DNA from: Eledone cirrhosa
Taxonomy: Eukaryota
Length of the DNA stretch: 64,000 nt
Assembly: GCA_964016885.1 (NCBI GenBank)
Contig: OZ024765.1
Span: 14,384,001 to 14,448,000 of the forward strand
Reading direction: 5' to 3'
The first letter of the stretch is position 1. Each line of letters opens with the position of its first letter. The notes beneath the pieces were generated by a model. The model had not been told where the DNA came from and did not search any database. It was given only the letters and a program-made list of their open reading frames with translations. Both the position numbers and the translations under genes were made by a program. This document shows positions 29,135 through 42,758 of this stretch, one piece after another.

Positions 29135-30045
29135 TGGACTTGATCTTTGCTCTTTAAACTCTGCTGTTGGTGATCGAAAGATATTATATATTCCTGGAAG
29201 AAAGGTTGGCTGGTAAGAGAAGCAGAGTCCGGCAGCCAAAACGATGGCTTGAGAATGTCAACCTATGGACTGAACTTGATCTTTGCTCTTTAAACTCTGC
29301 TGTTGGTGATCGAAAGGTATATATTCCTGGAAGGAAGGTTGGCTGATAAGAGAAGCAGAGGCCGGCAGCCAAAACTATGGCTTGATAATGTCAACCTATG
29401 GACTGAACTTGATCTTTGCTCTTTAAACTCTGCTGTTGGTGATCGAAAGGTATATATTCCTGGAAGGAAGGTTGGCTGATAAGAGAAGCAGAGGCCGGCA
29501 GATAAAACGATGGCTTGATAATGTCAACCTATGGACTGAACTTGATCTTTGCTCTTTAAACTCTGCTGTTGGTGATCGAAAGGTATATATTCCTGGAAGG
29601 AAGGTTGGCTGATAAGAGAAGCAGAGGCCGGCAGCCAAAACTATGGCTTGATAATGTCAACTTGTGGACTGAACTTGATCTTTGCTCTTTAAACTCTGCT
29701 GTTGGTGATCGAAAGGTATATATTCCTGGAAGGTAGGTTGGCTGATAAGAGAAGCAGAGGCCGGCAGATAAAACGATGGCTTGATAATGTCAACCTATGG
29801 ACTGAACTTGATCTTTGCTCTTTAAACTCTGCTGTTGGTGATCGAAAGGTATATATTCCTGGAAGGAAGGTTGGCTGATAAGAGAAGCAGAGGCCGGCAG
29901 CCAAAACTATGGCTTGATAATGTCAACTTGTGGACTGAACTTGATCTCTGCTCTTTAAACTCTGCTGTTGGTGATCAGACTTTGTGGAGAGAGATATCAC
30001 ATGTCGATGCGCAGTTTCAACTGGCTGAGGTTAGCGTCATAGTAG
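29135..30045 (+). repeat. 133-bp tandem repeat (~6.3 units) derived from an RTE LINE C-terminal segment
   Basis: Unit encodes FLEGRLADKRSRGRQPKLWLDNVNLWT; the last unit runs on into DQTLWREISH. Confidence 0.85.
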
Positions 30046-30479
30046 TAGTGTTCAGTATATACATCTTATTCCAGCAATATCCTGATTTACACGGACCCAT
30101 TGCCTTGCGATAAGGAAGACTCTTCAAGTCTCGTATGTTCACATTGCACGAGACTGGCATACCTCATTCTTCAGCTTCTTTTCATGATATGTGTACTTAT
30201 CGTCTAAGGAAGAAAAATGGCTGAATCGTTAGAGCGTCGGATAGAATGCTTTGATGTATTCGTTCCGGCTTTCTGCTCTCTGAGTTCGAAGTTAAAATCC
30301 CGCCGAGGTAAACTGTGACTTTCATCCACACACACACACACACACACACACATATGTGTGTGTGTGCGTGTGTGTGTGTGTATATAAATATATAAATGTA
30401 TCGATTAATTCTGAGTATATATATACAATTGCATACATATGTCCATACAGATACATGTATGTATATATTTATGTATGAA

Positions 30480-31030
30480 TGTACCACCCGTCGCATGGTC
30501 GGGTCGTCGGCGACTAAACCGGCAACCCCACCAAGTTTCTTTGGCGATGAGGGTGATTTTGGACACCCTGCAGGACACAGAACAAAACCTGATAAAGGAC
30601 GGAGTAACTCATAAGAGTCAATGGCCATCCAAGAATGTATAAATATGTATATACATGTGTATATGTATATATCTATATACATGAATACATGTGTATATAT
30701 GCGCCAGGACATAAAAATAGTCGGGTTGGAGACCCGATCGCGCAGTTAAACCTCTGGGAGTGAAGGACCCCTAGGCTTTGTCATTGCATTCTTCTAGGAA
30801 ACTGGGATAACTCCGACATAAAACCTGGGGCTCAGTAGTTTCCGATGATTCTTTTCGGATTATAACTACTGTCGCTCAGAGAGTGGGATTGGCTCAGTGC
30901 ACAATCTTTCCTCACTTTAAAAAGAATCTTCACGCACAGGCATTGCACGATAGCATGAATTGATAATTATTAATAATATCATATCGTGCAATGGTACTCG
31001 ATGACGTGGGGCAGACATTATAACTCGATA
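30480..31030 (+). mobile_element. Non-autonomous RTE-derived element, subfamily 2
   Basis: Colinear with 46116-46740. 3' end tcgtgcaatgg..tactcgat.acg.ggggcag, also seen at 800-845. Confidence 0.7.
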
Positions 31031-31054
31031 ACGTGGGGCAGACATTATCATGTA

Positions 31055-31592
31055 TGTATGAGCTTTGTAAAGGCAAGAGACCACCTCACAAACCAAAACT
31101 CCGATTCAAAGATTGTGTAAAGGACTCATTGAAAAAAACTGGTCTGATGGTGGATAACTGGGAGATAGAAGCTCTTGAAAGAAAAACATGGCGTGGAATG
31201 GTGAATGATGGGTCCATAATTTTGAGGACAGACAGATAAAGCACAAGAATATCAAACGGGATGTGCGTAAGCAATGCCCTGGTTTATCTCTCGAAGCGAT
31301 CGGTGTCTCCCTTGGTGTGCCCTGAGTGTGAAAAGATTTGCTTGAGCAAATCTGGTCTCAGGAACCACAGTCGCAGTAATGTTCAAAGAGAACCAGTGAA
31401 CTATGATCTCCACGGTATTGTGAAGGTTCACAGACAACCTGATGTAAGACCTGAGGCCAGGGAGGTCCATAGTTGTCGTCAGTGTGCGAAGAAGTGCAAG
31501 TCTCTGGCAGGCTTGAAAAGCCATATCCGAGCGTCACACATCTGAATCTGACAAGCGATTGCAATACTCTTGGCAGAGTTTGCAGCTAACAT
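31055..31592 (+). mobile_element. RTE-clade LINE 3' end encoding two C2H2-type zinc fingers
   Basis: ELCKGKRPPHKPKLRFKDCVKDSLK...WE..A.ER..WR, then CPECEKICLSKSGLRNH and [22 protein letters not shown]. Confidence 0.82.
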
Positions 31593-31639
31593 GTATGCAT
31601 GAATATATGTTTGAATGTATGTATGAATATGTATGTATG

Positions 31640-31696
<57 letters not shown>

Positions 31697-31697
<1 letters not shown>

Positions 31698-32192
31698 GTC
31701 AGGTCACTCTCGAGTGCTGCTAGTAACATGTAAGCCAGTCGGCGACTAAACTGGCAACCCCACCAAGCTTGCTTGGTGAGGAGGGTGATATTTGGACTCC
31801 CTGCGGGATGAAATACAAGACCCGGCAAAGGGCGGAGAAACTCAACAGAGTCAACGGCCATCCAAATAGAATTTTGTTTTATTTACCTGGGAGTGAAAGG
31901 CCCCCAGTTGTTGTCACAGTACTTTTCTAAGAGAGGGAAACTCTGAAAAAAAAACAAAAAAAACCTGCGGCTACGGAAACCAGTTCTCCTTTTTAGGTAG
32001 TGTTTTCGATGGTCAGCGAGTGGGATTGGTCGAGTCAAGGCCTTTCCCCACTTATAAAATCCTTCAAATTACAGGTATTGCTTGTTCAGGATATGTTACA
32101 GGTTCATGTGACTGGCCATGGCCTGAAAGTGCACCAAACTCTATAATCTGACAAGCGATTGCAGAACTTTTAGAAGAGTTTGCAGCCATCAT
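31697..32192 (+). mobile_element. Non-autonomous RTE-derived element, subfamily 3
   Basis: Family 5' end plus 3' tail aatctgacaagcgattgca...gagtttgcagc, which matches the LINE 3' UTR at 31545-31590. Confidence 0.72.
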
Positions 32193-32194
32193 AT

Positions 32195-32520
32195 ATCATC
32201 ATCATTTCATTTAACGTCCGCTTTTCCCTGCTTGCAAGAGTGGGACGGGAACTGATTCTGGCTTGATTTCTACAGCTAGATGCCCTTCCTAACGCCAATA
32301 TCATTTACAGTGAGTGCTGGGTGCTTTTTTTTGCCGGGGCACCTCCACGACCACTTTGCAGTGGAATGATATGGACCCCAGTCCCTATCATCTCATTTCT
32401 ACAGCTGAGTAAACTGGAGCAATGTGAAATAAAGTGTCTTGCTCAAGGAAACAACACATCACCCGGTCTGAGAATTGAACTCACAACCTTTCAATTGCAA
32501 GCCCAATGCTCTAACCACTA
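32195..32520 (-). mobile_element. tRNA-derived SINE family 3 (RTE tail)
   Basis: Same family as 54976-55378 (+) and 62390-62740 (-). Confidence 0.8.
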
Positions 32521-32539
32521 TATATATATATTTTTTTAG

Positions 32540-32757
32540 GAACGATCGATTTTCGTCAAATCGAACCGAGGAAACCATGTTTCCATTGGTCTTTCTAATT
32601 TCTTATACTATCTATCGATCGCAACTCCAGGTAGAAGGAGCAACGTGAAATAAAGTGTCTTGCTCATGGACATAACGCATCACTCGATCCAGGAATCGAA
32701 CTCACAACCTCACGGTTGCGAATCCAATCCCTAAACCACTCAGCCACACGCCTTCAC
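32540..32757 (-). mobile_element. tRNA-derived SINE family 2
   Basis: A box tggctgagtgg, B box gagttcgattcc, core tgagcaagacactttatttcacgttgctcc. Second copy at 45098-45315. Confidence 0.8.
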
Positions 32758-33043
32758 TAAATATATATATGTGTGTGTGTATATATGTGTGTGTACGTCA
32801 ATGCCTACTATTTGTGCGTGTTTGTTTGTGTGTATCTATAAAGGCATGAATGTATCACAGCCAAAACTCAGAGAGGAATAAGCGCAATAAGTACAATTCA
32901 AAATGGCGACGAAAAAAACTAAAAAATAAAAAACAACAACAACATTATGATTTCAAGTTAAAGTAGGCAGACTTTAGTCTCAATAGAATTCACACATTGG
33001 ATCAGCGTAGCATCATCCTACTGAGTTACAACCATATAGAGAG

Positions 33044-33074
<31 letters not shown>

Positions 33075-33584
33075 TATACCATATAATATATATATATATA
33101 TATATATACATATAATATATATATAATATATATATATCATATAATATATATATATATATCATATATATGTATCAAATATATACGTATAATATGTATGATA
33201 TATGTCATATATATATGATATATATCATATATATATGATATATATCATATATATATATATGATATATATCATATATATATATATGTATATAAATATATCA
33301 TATATATATTATATATATGTATATATATCATATACATATGATATATTTATATATCATATGTATATGATATATATATTTGATGTATAATATACATATTTGA
33401 TGTATAATATGATGTTAAGTATTTCCATATATATATATATATATATAATCAGAAATATTATATTCCTTCTTTTCCAAAATTTTTACCTAATAACTGCGTT
33501 TTTGTTTACTTTTGTTTAAACTGCATCTGTCTTGTCATTTATATATATACACACATATATATATACATATATATATACATATAT

Positions 33585-33647
<63 letters not shown>

Positions 33648-33679
33648 TATATTTATAAATGTATGTATATTTATAAATG

Positions 33680-33733
<54 letters not shown>

Positions 33734-33807
33734 TGTGTGTATTTATATTTATATATATAGATACATGTTTGTGTGTATAGATATATGTGTGTATATATAT
33801 ATATGTT

Positions 33808-33850
<43 letters not shown>

Positions 33851-33907
33851 TTGTGTATATATATATATGTTTGTATGTATATGTATATATATATGTTTGT
33901 ATGTATA

Positions 33908-33955
<48 letters not shown>

Positions 33956-34873
33956 TGTATGTGTATATATATATATGTTTGTATGTATATGTATATATAT
34001 ATTTATATGTTTGTATGTATATGTATATATATTTGTTTGTATGTATATCTATATATATATATATATATATCTATATATATATATATATATATATATATGT
34101 TTGTATGTGTATATATATATTTGTTTGTATGTATATCTATATATATATATATGTTTGTGTGTGTATATATATATATATGTCATGTTTATGTGATGTGTAC
34201 CTATGGAGAGGAGTACATTTTATGGCAAAATAAAGTTGTCCTTGCCAGAAAGGGAAAAGTGAAAGCGGCCAGTCGTATTCACGTGACATGTGACGTCACT
34301 GAATGAAGTAGGTGTTTGATGTGAAAACATTGGAATTATGAAATTGACAAACAAAAAATATAAATGAATATACATAAAATGAAAAAAATCTCCAACAAAA
34401 TACGACATAAAAAAACAACATATCTCCTACTTTAATGTTTACATGCACACATCTATGCAAATATGTATGTATGTATGTATCTATGTATCTATGTATGTAT
34501 GTATGTATGTATGTATGTATGTATGTATGTATGTATGTATGTATGTATGTATGTATGTATGACTTGTTCTTCTTTTTGGTAAATATCATCTTGGTTAAGA
34601 AAGTGGGATTGGCTTTGTGCAGTGCCTTTGCTCACTATAAAAGCTTCACGGCACAGGCATTGCTTTATATCTGGAGATCTCTCTGCACTTGTCGTCACAT
34701 GGTACCATGGGCCCAGCACTATGTGTCAATGATTGTCACAAGTGTAGTGTTTGTACCAGAGTTTTCAAGTCGCTGGCTGGACTAAAAAGTCACACTTGTT
34801 CAGCGCATCGGTAAGGGTTCTCCTACATGGATATAAAGTAGTGGCCGTACTCGAAAACGAGTTGGCAGCCACC

Positions 34874-34904
<31 letters not shown>

Positions 34905-35169
34905 TGTATGTATGTATGTATGTATGTATGTATGTATGTATGTTTGTGTGTATGTGTGAGTGTATACATGCAGATATTGCAACAGTCTGGGGTCCAAAGG
35001 CCCTCAACTCTTCAACAAGCTGCCAAGAAATCGGACCGAGGAAACAATGTTTCCATTCGTCTTTGCAATTGTTAATACTATCTATCAGTCGCAACTCCAG
35101 GTAGAAGGAGCAACGGGAAATAAAGTGTCTTGCTCAAGGACATAACATATATATATATATATATACATA

Positions 35170-35575
35170 TAGAAAATCCTGGAGGGACTAGCACCAAACT
35201 TTGGTATTGAGAGCTGGACCAACCCCCGAACAGGACGTCACTGTGTGGTGCCAAAGGTCCCGTGTTCCACATCTAGAATAAGGAGCAGATATTGCAATAG
35301 CCTGGGATTCAAGGGCACTCAACTCTTCAACAAGCTATCAAGGAATTTGAGAGATCTGCATGGTGTGGAGGTGGATGTTTTCAAGAAACATCTCGACACC
35401 CTGCTATCCAGGATCCCGGATGAGCCCACAGCACGGTACGGAGGTAACCTAAGGGCAGCAGCAACACACTCCCTCTTACACAAAAGGCCAGAGATAGAAT
35501 GTGTAGCAGCAAGGGCGGTGCCCCAGTATGGCCTCAACCGGATGGCTGGAACAGGTAAAAGAGTAAAAGAGTAAT
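35170..35575 (+). mobile_element. CR1/Jockey-group LINE 3' fragment
   Basis: NSLGFKGTQLFNKLSRNLRD....DVFKKHLDTLLSRIPDEPT. Confidence 0.72.
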
Positions 35576-35587
35576 CTATCTATCTAT

Positions 35588-35975
35588 CTAAGGCGGGTAA
35601 AATTCCCAAGATCCATGGACGAGTTCTCTCCAGCGGTCTCTGTCCCTCATTATCGCTGCCATGTCCTGCGTCTCCAACAGACCAGTGTCTGTCCTTAGGG
35701 CATCAACATACGTTAACCTTGGTCTTCCTCTTCTCGTGTGTCCATGAAGGGGCTCCCAAAGGAGTACTGAGTGCAATGTCAACTCTGGATGTCGGTGAGC
35801 ATGTCCAGCTAACCTCAGTCTCCTCTGTGTCACTTTTGAGATGCTCCCATACAGCTCTGAGTTTTTCATCCTCAGTGTATACTGATTAATGTTCAGAGCC
35901 ATCCTCAGCATTCTCGTGTAGCACCCATCCGCCATCTGAGTGAGTTTCTTGGTCAGTGTTCAAGTCTCAGACCCA
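35588..35975 (-). mobile_element. RTE-clade LINE 3' fragment
   Basis: DGCYTRMLR...RRLRLAGHAHRHPE...LLWEP.HG..RRGRPRLTYVD.L..DTG...DRDRWR. Confidence 0.85.
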
Positions 35976-37041
35976 AGAGTAATATACAATGTAAATATTA
36001 ATAAAATAGTATTTAATATTTCAAACATTTAATAACTAACGATCGTTTTATCCTAGCGCAAGGCAGATGTCTTCAGAGTTATTACAAAAGTTAAACACAA
36101 ATATAGGAGCAAAACTTTGCTTCAGTAACATTTAGAGGATACATATGAGAGGTTCGATAAGACCAAGACTTATATTTATATAAGGTAACCAAGCAACTGA
36201 GGCGGAAAACATGGGGAAAATAAGTAGCTAAAATGCGATAAAATAAAATAAAATACATATGATTACAGATGAAGTACAGTAAAAATCATATATAGTTGTG
36301 GACAAAATGGTTGCTGAAAAAGTTGGTAATAACGCTGTAGACATCTGTCTTGTGCTAGGATGAATCGATCGTTAGTTATTAAATGTTTGAAATATTAAAC
36401 ACCCCTTGACTATTATTTAAATTGTATTTCGGCTCTATATTATACTTGTTATATTACATCGAGCTATATTATACTTGTTATATTACATCGAGCTATATTT
36501 ATACTTGTAACTGGGTAATATTTAATATTACTCACCATATATATATATATATATATACACACACATATTGTGCATATATATTTGTATAATTATGTATATA
36601 CTTGTACATTTATACACACACACACACACATGTATACACACAGACACACATGCATACACATACATGTATGTACACACACACATCAATGCACATCAAGCTA
36701 ACCTCGGCGGGATTTGAACTCAGAACGTAAAGGGCCATAACTCTATGCTGCAAAGCATGGTGCCTTCTGCATATAATAATAGGTTTTGATATCGGTACAA
36801 GGCCAGCAATTTTGGGGTATGGGAAAGACGATTAAATCGATCCAAGTGTGTTATTGATACTTTATTTTATCGACCCCGTGATGATGTAAGGTGAAGTTAA
36901 CCTCGGCGGGTTAAGGAACCCTTAACCATGTCAAGGCTGGCTAATGTCACCCCAGCCAGGTCTTCTCCAACCCTCGGTTCTACAAGTTACGAAGGGTTCT
37001 TAAAAAAACAGGAACAACGAAATAGATAGATAGATAGGTAA

Positions 37042-37140
<99 letters not shown>

Positions 37141-37156
37141 TAGATAGATAGGTAAG

Positions 37157-37257
<101 letters not shown>

Positions 37258-37339
37258 CTTTATTAGCCACAGGGGCACAAAAGAAGGGGACAAATACAAA
37301 GGGGGAAGTTTACATATAGATAGATAGATAGATGGTAGG

Positions 37340-37398
<59 letters not shown>

Positions 37399-37490
37399 GG
37401 TGTCTAGGAAACAGGACGAGTATCAAACCTGGCTGAAACTGTGAACCCCTGATGTCAGATCATGGTATGAACTACGTATACAGATAATTA

Positions 37491-37543
<53 letters not shown>

Positions 37544-37698
37544 GTATAAAAGAGAAAACACAGGTAAGCATTAAGAAAAGGATTTTATCCAGGTATTTAC
37601 GACCGTTTCATTGGCAAGTGCAACCGTACGTTGAAACCGTCCATGAAACTGGCTTTCTTAACCACGAACTGGATCACAATAAGCATTTTCCTGCTTCC

Positions 37699-37758
<60 letters not shown>

Positions 37759-37811
37759 ATATTTATATATAAATATATATAAGAAAGTAAGTCCATATAA
37801 TCATTTGATAT

Positions 37812-37872
<61 letters not shown>

Positions 37873-38414
37873 TATACACATATATATATATTACGTTTAT
37901 AAATTAGCGAGAATCGTATTCCGGCTTTGGAATTAGCGAAAAACAACTTCCGAGATGTGTGGCAAGCGCTCAATAATTCTGACGAACCAGAGCTACAATA
38001 TACGTTAAAGGCCAAACACACTGAGACGATGGTTAAACCGTCATCCGCAAAGCCATAGAAACGACCAAGTAATTCGGGTCAAACAAATAAAAAAATATGT
38101 GATTGAATACGTTTATATATTTATTCTGGAAGATTGTTGATGTGAAATGATGTGATTCCAATGCATTAAGGGCGATTATCACTAGCTCCTATATATATAT
38201 ATATAGATTTTGAGTTTATGTTGGTTGTATACCAACACTTCAGTATGCAGGCTGGAGCACTCGACGAAGTGCGCAGGTTGGTTTGGTTACTCCGGAGTAG
38301 TGACTCCAGTTCCCCAGTGAATTAACAACCCAACAAGGAACTGGGCATATCAGAGTATTGACAATATCATACACCTAAACAACATATGTACTTGTCTATA
38401 CCATACTAATTCAA

Positions 38415-38469
38415 ACTGCCTGAAGAGGTCACAGCCAAAGATGGCTGTCACTGAAATATATATAGCAGT
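38415..38469 (+). ncRNA. Type I hammerhead ribozyme motif (family A relative)
   Basis: ACTGC-CTGAAGA-ggtcACAGCC aaagat GGCTGTcact-GAAA-TATATA-TA-GCAGT, followed by AATAAA. Confidence 0.8.
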
Positions 38470-38550
38470 AATAAACGAAGCTAAATTTTAATCATTTGAC
38501 TTTTATTTAACTTTATTTTATATATTATATATATATATATTATATATATA

Positions 38551-38607
<57 letters not shown>

Positions 38608-38611
38608 ATAT

Positions 38612-38683
<72 letters not shown>

Positions 38684-38880
38684 ATATTATATATATATAT
38701 ATTATATATATATATATTATATATATATATATTATATATATATATATTATATATATATTATATATATATTATATATATATATATTATATATATATATATA
38801 TATCAGATAGAGCTCAGACGTCGAGTCCTGACTCTTTCCACACACACACACACCCACCCACCCAACACACACCCACACAC

Positions 38881-38941
<61 letters not shown>

Positions 38942-39174
38942 TGTCATTACTACAAGAGAAGTCCAACGAGCTTTTGATTCCAGAATCGAGCCAGATCGAA
39001 CCTTGAGCGATCAATAGCGAAACACGCGTCACAAATCAATAAACGTAATGAAAGCTTAACAAATCGTCCTTATTATATTACACTCTGTTTAGCTCTAGAC
39101 CTCATTACTGACGTGAACCTAAACATTGAGTGCTCACCTTGGTGAACCTACAGTAACCTCACGTTACACTCCCA

Positions 39175-39217
<43 letters not shown>

Positions 39218-39406
39218 TAACAGATTAGAGTTTAAGTAAAGAATCGTTGCTTTCTAAGGGTGAAAGCAGCGATTCTTTGTTTAAACTTTAATCTGTTATT
39301 TTAATAAATATTTGCTCTATAGTTCTTATATATTTGATATATATATTATCCTTATCGAACCCTCTTCGGATTTTAGTCTTCACATTTATTATTATTACTA
39401 TATTAT

Positions 39407-39449
<43 letters not shown>

Positions 39450-40872
39450 AACAAGTAAGACCCCGACGGCTGAGCTCAAGCCGTTTCGACGGCTAATTCT
39501 GGACTGAATTAGCCGTCGAAACGGCTTGAGCTCAGCCGTCGGGGTCCTACTCGTTCCTATTACCCACTCTACTACTCTAAGTATTGAGTACTTTGGTGCG
39601 TTATGGTCCACCTGGTACCTTACCACATTTCCTTCGTTATATATATATATATATATATACTCTCAGATTTTGAATAATCACCCCCCACCCCACTTATTAA
39701 TTTTGCTAATCTATCTCCGGCGAAATTTTATTGTAAGTGAATCGTATTGATACAGCAGATGGAGAATCTAATAATTGTTTCCACTTTAGGCACAAGGCCA
39801 ACAATTACCCAGTGCATTACTGGTACTTTATTTTATCGACCCCGTAAAGATGAAAGGCAAATTGAACCTCGGCGGGATTTGAACTCAGATCGTAAAGGGG
39901 CATAACTCTAAGTTATAAAGCATGGTGTCCGATGCTCTAGCAATTCTGCCGATCCACCTCCTTGTAATAATTGTTTCTACTTTAGGCACAAGGCCAGCAA
40001 TACCCAGTGCATTACTGGTACTTTATTTTATCGACCCCGTAAAGATGAAAGGCAAAGTCAACCTAGGCGGGATTTGAACTCAGATCGTAAAGGGACGTAA
40101 CTATGCTGGAAAGCATGGCGTCCGACCCTCTACCGATACTTTGAATAAATAATGAATGAATATTACATAATTTATCTACTAAATTTCCTTATTCTTGATT
40201 AAATATAAATAATTTTGTGGCTTATTTTAAGATTCAATTCTTTAAAATTTTCAAATGTCAACACTTCCGGTTAGCGATCGCTTAAATAAACATACGTATA
40301 TTTCCGTCAATAGATTACGTTACTGATTACCTAAGACAGTGTAACGCAGTCTTCGTTCAATTTCTGTGTATATTGTCAATTACGATTTTATTTGATGTAT
40401 CATATCTACATGTATATATACTTGCGTATAATATCAATATACACACTACACATGCTAGCAGAAAACCACCCGAAGGTGTATATTTCTGCTAGTATATATA
40501 ATTAATATTTAATTCTCCAGCGGCAACCTGTTGCAGTCTGCGACTAACCCAGGCTCCGTTGCACTTCGGGCTGAAGATAAAAACTCTCCAAATATCGGTC
40601 GCTCTCCGACAGGTTTGTGGTCGAGCCCGTAGCAGTGGAGACTTCTAGTGTCCTTGGTCCTAGCACCGCCTCCCTACTCACCACCATTGGCTTGTTTTGG
40701 CTACCCGCAGGTGCGAGCCTCACGCGCTGGGATGGCTCTTCCAGCGGGTCGCTTTCACCATACTCCATGGAAACGCCTTCTCTATTCTGTCCACTGAGGG
40801 TCGTGGGGCAGCCAGCACCTAGACTCCCATTTGCTCGCAATGGTGAGAGTGGGAGAGACGGAGGCAGTGACA

Positions 40873-41340
40873 GTGGGAGTTTGGTTCCTCTGTGTTCGGA
40901 CCTAGTGTATATGAGATATCGGGAGAGCTGGAGAGACAGAGGCAGTGGGAGTTTGGTTCCTCTGTGTTCGGACCTAGTGTATATGAGATATCGGGAGAGC
41001 TGGAGAGACAGAGGCAGTGGGAGTTTGGTTCCTCTGTGTTCGGACCTAGTGTATATGAGATATCGGGAGAGCTGGAGAGACAGAGGCAGTGGGAGTTTGG
41101 TTCCTCTGTGTTCGGACCTAGTGTATATGAGATATCGGGAGAGCTGGAGAGACAGAGGCAGTGGGAGTTTGGTTCCTCTGTGTTCGGACCTAGTGTATAT
41201 GAGATATCGGGAGAGCTGGAGAGACAGAGGCAGTGGGAGTTTGGTTCCTCTGTGTTCGGACCTAGTGTATATGAGATATCGGGAGAGCTGGAGAGACAGA
41301 GGCAGTGGGAGTTTGGTTCCTCTGTGTTCGGACCTGGTGT
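40873..41340. repeat. 72-bp near-perfect minisatellite (~6.5 units) within a dispersed element
   Basis: Degenerate reverse-strand relatives with a homologous flank at 28685-29110. Confidence 0.88.
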
Positions 41341-41512
41341 AACATTCTTTTATTGTCTGATACACAAATCGAACTATATAGACATTGCAATATCGAGCAG
41401 ATCTGAATTTTAAAGCCATCAAATGTTTTTACATAAAAGAACCACTTCAATTTTTTTACTGTCAAGGAGACACAAAGCAGGCTGTGTTTGGAAGCGGTTA
41501 GCGAATTTGAAA

Positions 41513-41766
41513 ATTAGGTAGTAACATGTGCTTACGCCGTATTTGACTAAATAGAATTAGTTTGTTAGTTGGGATTTAAAAAAAACACTCTGATGATGAA
41601 TTTTCACGTACATGGGACACGAACCCACATCTTTGGCAAACCAAAGATGTGGTTTCGTGTTCCATTTACGTCAATACTAATTTTTTTCACATTCAGAAGG
41701 TTTTTTAAATCCCAACTAACAGACTAATTTTACTTATTCAAATACGGCGTAAGCACATGTTACTAC

Positions 41767-41771
<5 letters not shown>
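41513..41771. mobile_element. ~260-bp foldback/MITE-like palindrome
   Basis: Arms complementary around catctttgg-caaa-ccaaagatg. Half copy at 24846-24988. Confidence 0.8.
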
Positions 41772-41811
<40 letters not shown>

Positions 41812-42159
41812 GAATAATCGAGTATCGAAAAATCGGCGCACAAGTTCACGATAAACAAAATTCGACATGAGTGGCAGAGGGCTCAATAATTCAGATAAAT
41901 CAGAGCTATAACTATCGTTAAAATACCAACACACATAGATTATGTCTAAAATCAACCATACGACCGAAAAATTACGATCAGGAAGATTCGGGTCACTCAG
42001 ATAAAATATCAATAAATCAATAAATCATGTGAATGTAAAAAGCTTACCCGGACCCACTAGAAAGATGGTAAATCTAGCTTCTTGGGTTTCTGTAAATCCT
42101 TAAACCGCCCACTATCAGCCCACATAAAAAAAAAATATATATATAGTAACACGACAGTT

Positions 42160-42610
42160 AGTATACCATACCGAAAACAATTGTTTTACCTTATGCGGAT
42201 CTTCAGCTCGGACTGGTCATGGTTATACGGAACAGGAAGAACAAGATAAGTCACAAATCCCGCTCCATCTTTAACAGACACAGAGTAAAACTAGGGTACT
42301 CCTGCGCTAAGAATATTTAGGCCCACATCAGCAACAGTCCTAAGAGCGACACCCCACCAGGATGTTCTTGCCGAAAGCCTGAAGCTTGTCCCCTTCAACA
42401 GCAATGCAACACATCCGCTGTACTTTATGAAGCTGTGGTCCCTTCCAACCGACCAAATCAACCACAGGAGGTCAAATCCTATGTGGGTATGGCGGAGGGC
42501 CAGAAGAAAGAAGAGGGTTCTTCTGCCTGTTCCGTATAACCATGACCAGTCCGAACTGAGGATACGCATAAGGTGAAACCCTTGTTCTCCGTATAGTGAA
42601 CTAACTGTTG
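42160..42610 (+). mobile_element. Penelope-like element relic with inverted hammerhead-bearing pLTRs
   Basis: Inverted repeats 42165-42236 and 42526-42597. Internal peptide SIFNRHRVKLGYSCAKNI*AHIS (42264-42335) resembles the PLE RT-endonuclease linker 'IFNR..VK.SYSC..N'. Confidence 0.72.
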
Positions 42611-42719
42611 TGTTACTACTTCTACCAAACTCGTCCCATGGACTGGGTGCTCAACCACTACGGATATTACCTTCCAGTGTTCTACCTCTCTCCCTCTCTC
42701 TCTCTATATATATATATAA

Positions 42720-42758
<39 letters not shown>

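Noticed and set aside
31261-31545. Host C2H2 zinc-finger gene
   Set aside because: Contiguous with the RTE ORF C-terminus and a LINE 3' UTR shared with dispersed repeats.
32900-32912. YY1-like AAAATGGCG (also 25424) and ETS-like CACTTCCGG (40263) promoter motifs
   Set aside because: Isolated short motifs with no associated exon; insufficient support.
40544-41422. 292-aa and 241-aa repeat ORFs
   Set aside because: Open only because the 72-bp unit is a multiple of three; open on both strands with no recognisable domain.
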